From positions 480,001 through 544,000 of the forward strand of contig CAWHBU010000003.1 in NCBI GenBank assembly GCA_963827685.1: DNA of 64,000 bases. Direction: 5' to 3'. Position 1 is the stretch's first letter. Every line of letters begins with the position of its first letter. Position numbers and translations under genes: made by a program. The DNA is from an uncultured delta proteobacterium. GTDB taxonomy: Bacteria; Desulfobacterota; BSN033; UBA1163. Positions 48,812-58,702 of the stretch are shown one piece after another. The notes beneath the pieces were generated by a model. The model was not told the DNA's origin, did no database searches, and was given only the letters and a program-made list of their open reading frames with translations.

Positions 48812-50128
48812 TCATGCCTGCTCTTTTTTTGTGAAGCCGCTCCAATAGTCGAAACTGTAACCCTTTGCACCTTTGATATGGCGCAGGTCCTCCTCAGAAG
48901 AGTAAAAGATGACATACGTGAGGGCCTTGGCGCTTGCAAACGTTGAGTCAGCCTTGCATTTTCTGATCTGTTGGCGCCACGTCCCGGTATCGAAAAAGAA
49001 CAGCTCATTGCCGTCGTTGTCGCGACGCTTCAAAAATTCGACGCATGGAGAATGTGTGTGGCCGGCCACAACATATCTTCCTGCGCTTGTGCTTAATATC
49101 TCTTCCCGTTGAGCATATTGCCACGGTTGCGGCCCGTCGGAATGCATGCTACTGATAAGTGTGATGATGGATTTTGTGGGGAGCAGTTTGGTCGGTAGCC
49201 ATTTGGCTAATGGAAGAATTTTCCCCCACGTTCCCAATTTGCTCCGCAAGAATTTACTGTTTAAAGCCTTCTTCACGACGTTATCGGCGACAGGCGTGAG
49301 GTATTCCCAGACATCGATGTCATCTGGCGTTTTCACTTGTAAAAAATCTACTATATCTGACTGTGGACGCAGGTTGTCGAATTCAAGCAGTTTACAGTAA
49401 ATAGACTGATGTAGCTGGTTACCCGACTTGATTTCCTCTTCATGAAGTTTTCTGTATTCGAATGCGAGACCAGCGGCTATATCAATGGTCGCATAGTCCC
49501 CCAACGGAGCCTGAGAATAGTCTGCAGGATCAACATTGAATACCCCTATCTCCGGGATATTTCCTGCAAAATTGCTTCGGTCATACTCATGTCCGTGTCT
49601 GATGAGCACTCCATATTCGTCCGAACGATAAACATGATCAAATTCCGCGTCGTCCGGGTTGTTCTGTCCCAATAATTCTGCTTTAGCTCTTTTTCTCAGA
49701 TCGGGATGCAGATTAATGAGACGGTCGTGATTGCCCGGCAGATATTTAAAGACAATTTGACAGCCGTTTTTCAGTCTTTTCTGGATCGTTTCCTTGAAAA
49801 TGCTGAAAGTTTTATCATTGCTTTTGATAATATCCGTCAGAATCGCATCAGCAACGGGATACCATTGATCCGGGGTATGTTCACCGTATGGCCTGACATC
49901 GCCTGCAAGCCATTTTTGACTCCGGTTGAGATCGAAAATATCCCCGGCCAGGATGATGATCAACTCCACGGCCTTATTACTGTCCGCTATTGTCAAAATC
50001 TCCTCAAAAAACTCTTTGAATGCATCGGGCGACACATTCCTGTCCACGGTGATGGGATTGTTATTTTTGTCTGTAATAGTGTCATTTACTGTATCTTGAA
50101 AGTGAAGATCGCTTATCACAACCAACAT
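48812..50128 (-). CDS. Calcineurin-like metallophosphoesterase (LpxH-like)
   Basis: SDLH, GDIFD, GNHD, HGH, GHTH, TGTW. Confidence 0.88.
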   Translation of the reverse strand: MLVVISDLHFQDTVNDTITDKNNNPITVDRNVSPDAFKEFFEEILTIADSNKAVELIIILAGDIFDLNRSQKWLAGDVRPYGEHTPDQWYPVADAILTDIIKSNDKTFSIFKETIQKRLKNGCQIVFKYLPGNHDRLINLHPDLRKRAKAELLGQNNPDDAEFDHVYRSDEYGVLIRHGHEYDRSNFAGNIPEIGVFNVDPADYSQAPLGDYATIDIAAGLAFEYRKLHEEEIKSGNQLHQSIYCKLLEFDNLRPQSDIVDFLQVKTPDDIDVWEYLTPVADNVVKKALNSKFLRSKLGTWGKILPLAKWLPTKLLPTKSIITLISSMHSDGPQPWQYAQREEILSTSAGRYVVAGHTHSPCVEFLKRRDNDGNELFFFDTGTWRQQIRKCKADSTFASAKALTYVIFYSSEEDLRHIKGAKGYSFDYWSGFTKKEQA

Positions 50129-50288
50129 AAGAACCTCCTTTCAACCGTTATCTTCCAGCGGGTTATTCCTAGTTATCGACTGCTTTCTTTCCTATGACAA
50201 TTTTAGACGACCGTAAACAATTCCTGATAAAGCTCGTTTTGCATTTATCATGAACAGCCTGTGCTATTTCAGCCGTAGGATCACATTT

Positions 50289-50918
50289 TTATACCCTCTT
50301 TAATAAATACGTCTTGTGAGGAACTTTGGTTTGCCAGAGGTGCTCTGGGCCTGTGTTGGTCGTTGCCACATCCCTGGCAAGATCGATTCCTACCGCAAGA
50401 TACGCCTCCTGCACGAAGGCTGAACAGTAAAGCGCATGCTTTGTATTCCAAAGGTTGCGCCATTTTTCGGTCCCGGATAGATAGGCGAATAATGTGCCGA
50501 AGAGTCCGGAAATAGAGTACATGATCTTCTTTTTAACCATGTCGAGCGCCTTCTGAACTATTTTATCGGCGTCTGGATCGCTCAACCCGAAATCGAGAAC
50601 GGCGCAGTGCAAAGCCTTTTCCGTCCCATAGTACTTATCGATCCTGTTCTCTTGTGCACCGTTGATGATCCGCATCCGGAACAATTCCACAGTGATGTCG
50701 GACTCTGCAATCCAATCGTGGCCGTCGGGTCTCTTGCCCGTGAAGAGAAAAGCATGTGCCCACAGACTCGGCTTCTTGTCAGGCGTGACCAGTGCCTGCG
50801 CCTCACAGATAGCCCGATGGATCCACGATGTTCCTCCCACCAGCCCGACCGCACCCTTCCTCGCATACCGCTTCCAGAATTCTTCCCTTGAAACCCCTTC
50901 AATCTCTTCTATAGACAT
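50289..50918 (-). CDS. Permuted papain-like NlpC/P60 (YiiX/YaeF-type) enzyme
   Basis: WAHA His before YCSAFV Cys; P..LW end. Confidence 0.78.
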   Translation of the reverse strand: MSIEEIEGVSREEFWKRYARKGAVGLVGGTSWIHRAICEAQALVTPDKKPSLWAHAFLFTGKRPDGHDWIAESDITVELFRMRIINGAQENRIDKYYGTEKALHCAVLDFGLSDPDADKIVQKALDMVKKKIMYSISGLFGTLFAYLSGTEKWRNLWNTKHALYCSAFVQEAYLAVGIDLARDVATTNTGPEHLWQTKVPHKTYLLKRV

Positions 50919-50951
50919 CGTAAGCCTCTTTTCTCCACGCCCTCTGGTGAA

Positions 50952-51116
50952 TTATTTTGAGTGGGCCCAAAGAGATGGTCTTCAATCCAAAGTGATTAGG
51001 CTCTGCGCCTCCCTGATGGCCATGCCAATCATGTCTTTAGCCCCTACAATTCCGATGATTCCCGGCTCATAATTGCTCGTAAAAAACTGAAGGAGCCGAG
51101 GATTTAATTCCTCCAT
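50952..51116 (-). pseudogene. N-terminal remnant of a paralog of the YiiX-like gene
   Basis: MEELNPRLLQFFTSNYEPGIIGIVGAKDMIGMAIREAQSLITLD*RPSLWAHSK* aligns with GAVGLVG...AICEAQALVTPDKKPSLWAHA. Confidence 0.75.
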
Positions 51117-51271
51117 AACTTACCCTCCATTGGGAGTCAGGCCATAAACCGGGTTGCCACGCCTGCGTGCCGTAACGCCTTCTGCGCAGATACGCCGTCA
51201 ATCCAGATGCTTCTCGTTTAGTTTAATGGGAGATCAAATTGCGGAAGGCTCTAAGGGAACGGATCTACCCC

Positions 51272-51319
51272 TTAGAGCCAGAGCCATTGCCAGGGCATCT
51301 TTTGGTAGGACCTTTTCAT
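51272..51319 (-). CDS. Candidate 15-aa peptide MKRSYQKMPWQWLWL
   Basis: GGAGG RBS; stop inside hairpin GGCTCTAAGGG...CCCTTAGAGCC; paralog at 51694. Confidence 0.5.
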   Translation of the reverse strand: MKRSYQKMPWQWLWL

Positions 51320-51693
51320 CTTTCCCTCCAAAAGACTGAACTGTAGCAGGAATAAGCGTCCGGAGACTACATCTTCGTTTGTTATCAAATTTCTTGAAGG
51401 CCGATGGTACAACCCACCCTAAGAACGGAACGGACTCTATCAAAATTGTGCAGGGAAGTCAATTAATATTTTTTGCTCACCCCATCCCGCAATATTGTTC
51501 TTGCTAATCCCCAAAGTCAGGTCCCCTTCGGAAGGTCTTTTCTCACCCAAGGAAGCCCCAATCTGTCCTTTTTGAAGGTTCTTTTCTTTCTTCAATCTAG
51601 AAACTTAAAGACTGAACCGTGCATCGAATTCGAAAACTCATTGATTTGCGAAAGTGAAACTATGGAAAGCTCTAAGGCAGCACAAGTATCGCC

Positions 51694-51735
51694 TTAGAGC
51701 TTTTGCCAGAGCATCTTCTGGAAGGACCTTTTCAT
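51694..51735 (-). CDS. Candidate 13-aa peptide MKRSFQKMLWQKL
   Basis: GGAG RBS; stop inside hairpin AAAGCTCTAAGGC...GCCTTAGAGCTTT. Confidence 0.5.
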   Translation of the reverse strand: MKRSFQKMLWQKL

Positions 51736-51867
51736 CGTTCACTCCAGGAGGTTATAAGCACTAATGGGTTGATGGGTTAATGCTTTAAAAAGTCAACTCC
51801 TTTTTTAGAGAATGCATAAATGATAAGTTACGGGCGATCTCGAAGAGAAAAATATCATTTTATTATA

Positions 51868-51913
51868 CGCAAACCACGTGCCAGTCATTGGATGTCCAAA
51901 TAAATTGTTGATA
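51868..51913 (-). promoter_or_regulatory. Sigma54 promoter with adjacent IHF site
   Basis: Minus strand TGGCACGTGGTTTGCG (51868-51883); TATCAACAATTTA matches WATCAANNNNTTR (51901-51913). Confidence 0.7.
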
Positions 51914-52560
51914 ACAACCTGATGCTTAAGGTATTTTCCTCTCTCCATCATTTTCGAGAAGCCACCAAAACACAACTAAGGAATTGCCTACTTTAATAGG
52001 CAGTTCATAAGAAAATGGGCAACCCTTCGTGACAGGTACGTCACCCTCGAATCCCGCACTTGGCTAATAAAATTTTCCGACTTTTTGGGTTAAGGTCAGG
52101 GTTACGAAGCCCGTTTCGTACAATGAACGATGGACAATGAACAAAGAAGATAATACACTGTTCATCGTTTATCGTTTAATGTTCATCGTCCCTAAATAAC
52201 ACATGCATCGTCACCCAGAATGGACACAGCCTCATCATACCACAGAAGAGGTTACAGATTGGTAACAGATTCGCAAAAAAATGAGGAATCTTTTTATCTT
52301 GCGTTCTATCGCCTTGAATTCGAGGCTCGCTTCTTTCTTAAGCTCTTGTTTATTTTAACTTTTTCAAGGCGCCCTCTTTCAGGACTCAAGATTCTCCTGG
52401 TAGGCGGAATAGAGAAGAAAGGCCACCCTATCTTGCGGTCTTTTTTGCTTGACATACAACTCCGTTTCTCTTATGTTCAACCCAACCCGAAGCGAGTTCT
52501 CATCATTCATTCGCTATCAGTCATTCTTCATCACTAATCACTCTTTTCAGGAGGGCTTTC

Positions 52561-53349
52561 ATGACAAATCAAATGGTCAAATGGGAAGTGAAAGACGGTA
52601 TCGGCGTAATCACCCTCAACCGCCCGGAAAAGCGCAACGCCATTAACGGAGAGGTACTGGAAGGAATCAACAATGCATTCTCGGAACTCAGCCTGAGCTT
52701 GGAAGCCAAAGTTATTCTGCTCCAGGGTGCCGGTCCGGCCTTCTCTGCGGGCATTGATTTTAACTACCTGGCCGATACTGCCCAGGATCATGGGAGGGCC
52801 TCCGGGATCGGCCTCCGAGAGCGTATTGATGCGATTCACACCATCTTCAATCGGATTGAACGCATTGAAAAGCCTGTAGTGGCCAAAATTCAGGGCTTCT
52901 GTGGCGGGTTGGGGCTGGAACTGGCTTTGACAGCCGATTTCCGAGTCGCCTCCGAGAACGCAACACTGGGGGTTCCCGAGATTATCCTGGGGATCATTCC
53001 GGATTGTGGCGGAACGACCCGGTTAACGCGTATGCTCGGTCCAGCCTGGGCCAAGGAGCTGATTATGACTGGGGACATGATCTCTGCCCGGAGAGCTTAT
53101 GAGATCGGCCTGATCAATCGGATCTTTCCCGATGCCCAACTCGAAGAGCAAACCAATCTCTTTTTGGCTAAACTGCTCCAAAGGCCTTCCCTGGCCCTGG
53201 GACTGGCCAAACGGGCTATCGATTGGGGGGTGGGGCTGGACAAGATGACCCACATGGAGATCGAAGCGCTGGTCCAGAGTCTTTTGGTTACGGCGAAAGA
53301 TTTCCCCGAGACTTTGCAAAAAGGTTTTGCCACATTGCTAAGAAAATAA
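52561..53349 (+). CDS. Enoyl-CoA hydratase/isomerase family
   Basis: ITLNRPEKRNA, FSAGID, G.GLELAL.ADFR, PE..LGIIP. Confidence 0.95.
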   Translation: MTNQMVKWEVKDGIGVITLNRPEKRNAINGEVLEGINNAFSELSLSLEAKVILLQGAGPAFSAGIDFNYLADTAQDHGRASGIGLRERIDAIHTIFNRIERIEKPVVAKIQGFCGGLGLELALTADFRVASENATLGVPEIILGIIPDCGGTTRLTRMLGPAWAKELIMTGDMISARRAYEIGLINRIFPDAQLEEQTNLFLAKLLQRPSLALGLAKRAIDWGVGLDKMTHMEIEALVQSLLVTAKDFPETLQKGFATLLRK

Positions 53350-53356
53350 ATGGGAT

Positions 53357-53962
53357 CAGTAGTGTCCCAACGTTTTACGCATAGGGACATGTAAGCCTTT
53401 AAATCTAACAGGAATTGAGCCGAAAATTTTTTTTCGATTTCAATATCCCAATAGGCCGTACTTCTGCATCACCACAGAAGGAGATGGCCCGTGAACTCCG
53501 GAAAAACGATCTTTGCCCAGCTCATGGAGTTCTCACCCGCTTACGAATTTCAAAAATGCGTTCAACGATACAACGGCCACTACAAAGTGAAACACTTTTC
53601 TTGCTGGAACCAATTTCTCTGCATGGCCTTCGCCCAACTGACTTATCGAGAAAGCCTCCGAGATATCGAGGCCTGTCTCCGTTCGGTCCAACGGAAACTC
53701 TATCATGCGGGCTTCCGAGGGAACGCCTCGCACAATACTCTGGCTCATGCCAACCAGGTCAGAGATTGGCGAATCTATGCCGACTTTGCCCAGATCCTTA
53801 TCAGCAAGGCTCGTCGCCTCTACACAATTCTACAGATTTTGAGTATCACCCTTTTCGAGAAAACGCCCATTTTAGAGGCTCTTTCGATCATTCGAACCAA
53901 AGAATTAGAGCATGTACCTTGTAACCAGTTTACTTTATTCGATTAACGTTGGGACACTACTG
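53357..53962 (+). mobile_element. Internally deleted IS4-family element (non-autonomous)
   Basis: Perfect 18-bp TIR CAGTAGTGTCCCAACGTT; DUF4372-type N-terminus fused to C-terminal TILQILS.TLFEK; DDE core absent. Confidence 0.88.
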
Positions 53963-54066
53963 TTCCAAAATATAAACGTCGAATGATTGGTCCGCCCCCA
54001 TTTATTGGGGGCGAGACCGATAAGATCAAGGCAGGCACGGAGGCCTGCCGTACAAAAAAATAATTT

Positions 54067-55572
54067 ATGCGATTTCTACTGGTTGATCCACCCCATAAAA
54101 TCTGGACTATTCTTCGAGCCTGGACCCCTTCACCGGGATGCCTCCAATTATTAGCCTATTTGGAAAGGGAGCAATTGGACATCGAATACATGGATTGCAC
54201 CCTTAACGATAATCCCTGGAGGGATCTTGAGGAGAAAATTCGAAGAGAGAAACCCGATGTCGTGGGCATCTCTGTCATCTGCACAGCCTTCCTCTATGAT
54301 GGGATGAATGCGGCCAGTCTGATTAAAGCGGCCAATCCTAAAACGATCATCATCATGGGAGGGGAACATCCTTCCTTTATGGCCGAAGAGACACTCCGTG
54401 ATTGTCCAGCCATCGATTATATCTGTGTGGGAGAGGGAGAGGTCACACTCGCTGAATTTCTCCGCACCGTTGAGAAGAAGGGAGATCTCTCCCGCGTCTT
54501 GGGCCTTGCCTATCTCAATGAGAAAAAAGAATTCGTCTATACCGGTGATCGGCCCTTCATTAAAGATCTCGACACCCTTCCGATGCCTGCCTATCATCTC
54601 GCCAAGATGAATCATCCTTTTGTGACACTTCCCTCGGAAGGAAAAAGAGGGCTCGTGGTCAATTTTTCAAGAGGATGCCTCTGGGATTGCACCTTCTGTT
54701 CAGAATCGGCGTTTTATAGGAAGACGTGGAGGAGACGGAGTCCAAAACTGATCGCCGATGAGCTTGAGCTTCTCAAAGAGAAATATAATAAGGATATCTT
54801 CTATGTGGGTGACAATACCTTCAATGTCCAACGCGAGCAGGGGGTTGGCTTCATCGAGGAGATGCTCAAGCGAAAGACGAACCAGCACTTCTGGTTACAA
54901 TCGAGAGCAGACCTCATTATTCGGGACGGAGACCTGCTCGATGGCTTCCGTGAGGCCGGGGTCTATCAATTTATGATGGGACTCGAATATCATTCTGATG
55001 CCGTTCTCAAGGACATCAAAAAGCACCAAACCACTGAGCAGGCGGTCAAGGCAATGGAGCTTCTGAAAAAACATAAGCTCATGGTCATGGCCACCCTTTT
55101 AATCGGGCACTGGAACGAAACAGAAAAAGACCGTAACGAGTTTTTCAATTTCTTTGGAAAATATGTGGACCATTTCGGCCTGAACCTCATTACCCCTCTT
55201 CCGGGAACCCCTCTTTTTAAACAGATGAAAGAATTGGGAAGGATCAAGGATTGGGATTATCGGAATTATGACTATCTCCATGCCGTGATGTCGGCCAAAG
55301 AGGTGGAAGATCTCGAACAGTTAAACCTCATCTATCGAGACATCATGAGGCGTTACTACTGGCGACCCAGAGAAATGCTCAAGATGTTTTCACCCAATCC
55401 CATTTTGAGGCACCATCACCGATATTACATCACCAAAGTCGCTTTCAACATTATGATGCACGAAGTCTTCGGAACACCGATCTGGGTGCAACCCAACTAT
55501 GAGGAGTATAAAGATTATTTAGTGCAGAGGGGAGAGGCGCTTCCCAAAGAGTTGATGGCTTGGGCCAAATAG
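54067..55572 (+). CDS. B12-binding radical SAM protein (BchE-like)
   Basis: GGEHPS, GEGE, SRGCLWDCTFC, TPLPGT. Confidence 0.92.
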   Translation: MRFLLVDPPHKIWTILRAWTPSPGCLQLLAYLEREQLDIEYMDCTLNDNPWRDLEEKIRREKPDVVGISVICTAFLYDGMNAASLIKAANPKTIIIMGGEHPSFMAEETLRDCPAIDYICVGEGEVTLAEFLRTVEKKGDLSRVLGLAYLNEKKEFVYTGDRPFIKDLDTLPMPAYHLAKMNHPFVTLPSEGKRGLVVNFSRGCLWDCTFCSESAFYRKTWRRRSPKLIADELELLKEKYNKDIFYVGDNTFNVQREQGVGFIEEMLKRKTNQHFWLQSRADLIIRDGDLLDGFREAGVYQFMMGLEYHSDAVLKDIKKHQTTEQAVKAMELLKKHKLMVMATLLIGHWNETEKDRNEFFNFFGKYVDHFGLNLITPLPGTPLFKQMKELGRIKDWDYRNYDYLHAVMSAKEVEDLEQLNLIYRDIMRRYYWRPREMLKMFSPNPILRHHHRYYITKVAFNIMMHEVFGTPIWVQPNYEEYKDYLVQRGEALPKELMAWAK

Positions 55573-55910
55573 TCAAACCATGCCTTCTGGAGCGCCATCC
55601 TCCTTCTGGGAATGAGGGCAATGGGTGCAAACCTCAAGGTAAAGAATTGCTCCGCTTGATCGCGAAAGGTGAGATTGAAGAGGACGGTATCCGTTCCATA
55701 GTAATTATCACGACTGAGGAAGATCTTTTCCATTTTGGAGAAGGGAATTTGTAAATGGATTCTCTCGCCCCCCTTCCCTTCCGGAGCCTCGAAGGCAACC
55801 TTGTCTGTCTCCACCCAAAGGCGTCCCTTCCGTCTCGTTCCTTTAACCGGAAGCCCTCCATAGTAGTAAGCATGGCAAGGTTTAGGGGTCATCAGAATGA
55901 AATATAGCAC
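55515..55910 (-). CDS. Hypothetical PH-like protein
   Basis: YYGG, G.LWV, IPFS.M; 3' end overlaps the radical SAM gene. Confidence 0.5.
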   Translation of the reverse strand: MLYFILMTPKPCHAYYYGGLPVKGTRRKGRLWVETDKVAFEAPEGKGGERIHLQIPFSKMEKIFLSRDNYYGTDTVLFNLTFRDQAEQFFTLRFAPIALIPRRRMALQKAWFDYLAQAINSLGSASPLCTK

Positions 55911-56091
55911 GGAGGTCCTTCTTCAGCAATAGGGAGAAAATCATCCAAATTCCGATTTAGAAAATTGCCATTGCGAGGGAACCGAAGCAATCTCGCATTT
56001 TTCGATCAGATTGGAAAATGGGTTTCGTTCTCTAAATCGGATTTCGCGAAATGATCCGGACATTTTTATTGAACGGAGAAGAGGTTGAAGA

Positions 56092-56376
56092 ATGAAAAAA
56101 GAGGCTCGATCCGATTTTTCCAAAAGATTGAAGAAAAATAGGGAGGCGCTGGATTTCCTTGATCGAAAACTATTAACCCTCCTCAATCAACGGCTCCGCA
56201 TCACTCTGGAGATAGGAAAAATCAAAAAAGGGATCGACAAGAAGATTTATGATCCCGAGAGGGAAAAAGAAATTTTAGAAAGGTTACAACGAAAAAATAA
56301 AGGCCCTCTGAACGAAGAAGATTTAAAAAAAATATTTATGACGATCATGAAGATATGCCGGCGGTCTCAAATCTAA
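56092..56376 (+). CDS. Monofunctional chorismate mutase (AroQ)
   Basis: R..LD.LD..LL.LLNQR, IGKIK, IYDPERE..IL.R, IF..IM...R..Q. Confidence 0.9.
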   Translation: MKKEARSDFSKRLKKNREALDFLDRKLLTLLNQRLRITLEIGKIKKGIDKKIYDPEREKEILERLQRKNKGPLNEEDLKKIFMTIMKICRRSQI

Positions 56377-56429
56377 GTATGTCAAACATACGAACCATAC
56401 TGGCTTTCATAAGAAATTGGATCCCTTCA

Positions 56430-56534
56430 CCCCGTTAGAAATAATGCCCCACTGCTCTGCAGTCCCGCTATAGCGGGATTACATTCTAAATAATTCCGGC
56501 GGGGTTCAATGCCCCGCTGTAATTTCTAACGGGG
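56430..56534. mobile_element. MITE, TIR CCCCGTTAGAAAT (inverted relative to the 13647 copy)
   Basis: Reverse complement shares GCGGGGCAT..AACCCCGCCGGAATTATT and CTGCAGAGCAG.GGGGCA with 13647-13763. Confidence 0.8.
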
Positions 56535-56535
56535 C

Positions 56536-58092
56536 TCACTTTGCAACGGGAATCATGATTTTTTCCGCAGGGCCGGCGCCCTGCAATACTGCCTGGGATG
56601 CCCGTTTTCCACTTTCCATGGCAGTGGGAACTCCACCCATGAAAATCGTCGAGAAAGCCTGATAACCCGCCATATAAAACCCCTTCATCGGCGTCCTCAC
56701 CAACTCCCGAGGATGGGTATCCTGACAATCTTCATAATTCCACGACCAACCTGCCACGGCTCCCCCACTCCTGCCACCCTGCTCCTCAAAAGTGAGAGGA
56801 GTGGCTATATCCGTGACTAAAATCGCCTTCTCCAACCCCGGAATGAGATTCTCAACTTCCCGGACTAAAGCTCTGCCCAGCCGGATTTTGTAATCCTGGT
56901 ACAGAGGAAGCCTTTTCCCCCAGGCGGGGCGATATTTAGCAAAATGGGAATGATCAGCTTCGGTGCGAATCACAATGATCTCTGTTCCCGCAGGACAAAG
57001 CGTCCTGTCCCCCTTGCTCCACAAACTGACTTCCAGTTCCCGACCGGCAAGGTCTTCAGGATTAACTTCATCTCCATTCCAATCGAGCTCTTCGGTGGAA
57101 TTTCCCTTGCCTCGCTTATAAATCAGCCTGTCGGCTTTCTCGAAAGAAGAGAGATCAACTCTGTTCGCATCCACACCCAAACATACTTGCAGATTTGACC
57201 TGGTCTGCTTGGCGTTGTGCACAGCGCAATACCACTCTTCAGGAACGGCTTTTGAGTCGATCAGTTTGATAAAGGTAGTTTTATAGTCAGCATTAGAAAT
57301 CACGGCGTCGGAATCGATCTTCAGGCCGTCCTTGAGTGTCACACCCAAAACCTTACCCTTCTCTACTCGAATCTCTTTTACCTCTGTTCCCAATCTCATC
57401 TCACCGAAGTCTCTCGTATTGGAGACTTGATGCTCTCCCCGATGTCCAATGACTGCTTGGGCCAACCTCTCGCACAATGAACGCATGCCTCCAGCGGGAT
57501 ACCATATCCCCTCTTTGGCCATGGAGTTCCACATGGCAGCAAGCCACGGGAGGCTGCTGTAAGGCTCCTGAGTCCCCTGACTGCCCAGGATTCGGCGCAG
57601 TCTCCAATCATTGACCAAGCTTGAGAGATACTCTAAAACCGGCTTCTCTGACGCTTTCTCAAGAACGGAGCGATTGAAGGCATTATCTGGAGACTTCATA
57701 GCAGACAAAATCTCTTCCATATCCTTAAAAAATTGTTTGACAGATTTGCCCTCTTCGGGAAAAAGTTTTGTCAGCTCTTCGATCATCTCTGAGAAGGTAA
57801 CCGAAAGAGGGATTTCCAGATCAAACGCTTTGATTCGATACTGCATCTGTGAAAGTTTTAGATCGTCTCCATCCAGCGCATGGAGGGTGTCTCTCACAAT
57901 CGAAGGAGTGCTGAAACCAAGAGGACCCATAGGAAAGGTGAACCCTTTTCGTTTATACGCATAAGCCGTGCCACCGGGATGCGGGTTTTTCTCCAGAACT
58001 AAAACACGTAATCCCGCTTTCACCAGCATGGCGGCGGCCGTAAGACCCCCTATTCCTGCACCCACAATAATCACATCCCACTGATCAGACAT
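56536..58092 (-). CDS. Phytoene desaturase-family FAD oxidoreductase
   Basis: VIIVGAGIGGL...LE, YP.GGM, VISNAD, ATPLT, GGVP....SG. Confidence 0.9.
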   Translation of the reverse strand: MSDQWDVIIVGAGIGGLTAAAMLVKAGLRVLVLEKNPHPGGTAYAYKRKGFTFPMGPLGFSTPSIVRDTLHALDGDDLKLSQMQYRIKAFDLEIPLSVTFSEMIEELTKLFPEEGKSVKQFFKDMEEILSAMKSPDNAFNRSVLEKASEKPVLEYLSSLVNDWRLRRILGSQGTQEPYSSLPWLAAMWNSMAKEGIWYPAGGMRSLCERLAQAVIGHRGEHQVSNTRDFGEMRLGTEVKEIRVEKGKVLGVTLKDGLKIDSDAVISNADYKTTFIKLIDSKAVPEEWYCAVHNAKQTRSNLQVCLGVDANRVDLSSFEKADRLIYKRGKGNSTEELDWNGDEVNPEDLAGRELEVSLWSKGDRTLCPAGTEIIVIRTEADHSHFAKYRPAWGKRLPLYQDYKIRLGRALVREVENLIPGLEKAILVTDIATPLTFEEQGGRSGGAVAGWSWNYEDCQDTHPRELVRTPMKGFYMAGYQAFSTIFMGGVPTAMESGKRASQAVLQGAGPAEKIMIPVAK

Positions 58093-58424
58093 GATGAAAA
58101 ACGTAACACAGGCTACAATATTGAACAAGAACTTCTGAAAACTTTGTTGGAAGATTTTTTGTTTATTTTTTAAGAAGTTAGAGAATGGTTTCTGTCACGG
58201 GAAAAAAGAAATAGAAAATGCCGCATCGGCCAAGTTGCCGCTATCACAAAGGTTAACGCTGCGCTAAGATAGTTCTGAATGGTAACGATTATTTTCTGAT
58301 GGAGTGATATTTCGATCTTTTCCCATGATTTGGCTTTTCATTAGGAAATCGACGGCATATGACGGTCAAAAAATGCCATAGGTTTTACCCCTATGAAATT
58401 CTATTTTTTTAGGAAACCATTAAA

Positions 58425-58470
58425 TATCAACTTGTTATATGAATTGATTGTTTTTGGCATTGAAATTGCT
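58425..58470 (+). promoter_or_regulatory. IHF site plus sigma54 promoter
   Basis: TATCAACTTGTTA (58425-58437) and TGGCATTGAAATTGCT (58455-58470). Confidence 0.65.
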
Positions 58471-58519
58471 GCCCCCAGGGGGGAACAGAAAAATTCTGGA
58501 GTCAAAGAGGTAATGCTTT

Positions 58520-58702
58520 ATGGCAATTGTAGAAGGAGACAGATTCAGGGACAAATTAACCGGACAGTCCTTCGTCGTGAAGAAAATCATGGACAGTACC
58601 GTTATTCTGGAAGCCGAAGATACGCCCAATAGGTTTTGTCTCAGCAATGCAGTTGTGGAATTACTTTTCGAGAGGACAGAAAATAAAAAAAATATAAACT
58701 AA
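58520..58702 (+). CDS. Small beta-barrel-like hypothetical protein
   Basis: GAGG RBS, sigma54 promoter, paralog of 3975-4181. Confidence 0.6.
   Translation: MAIVEGDRFRDKLTGQSFVVKKIMDSTVILEAEDTPNRFCLSNAVVELLFERTENKKNIN

Noticed and set aside
51272-51319. Classical trp operon attenuator
   Set aside because: No trp genes downstream, no T-tract after the hairpin, and the paralog has only one Trp; kept only as a candidate micropeptide.
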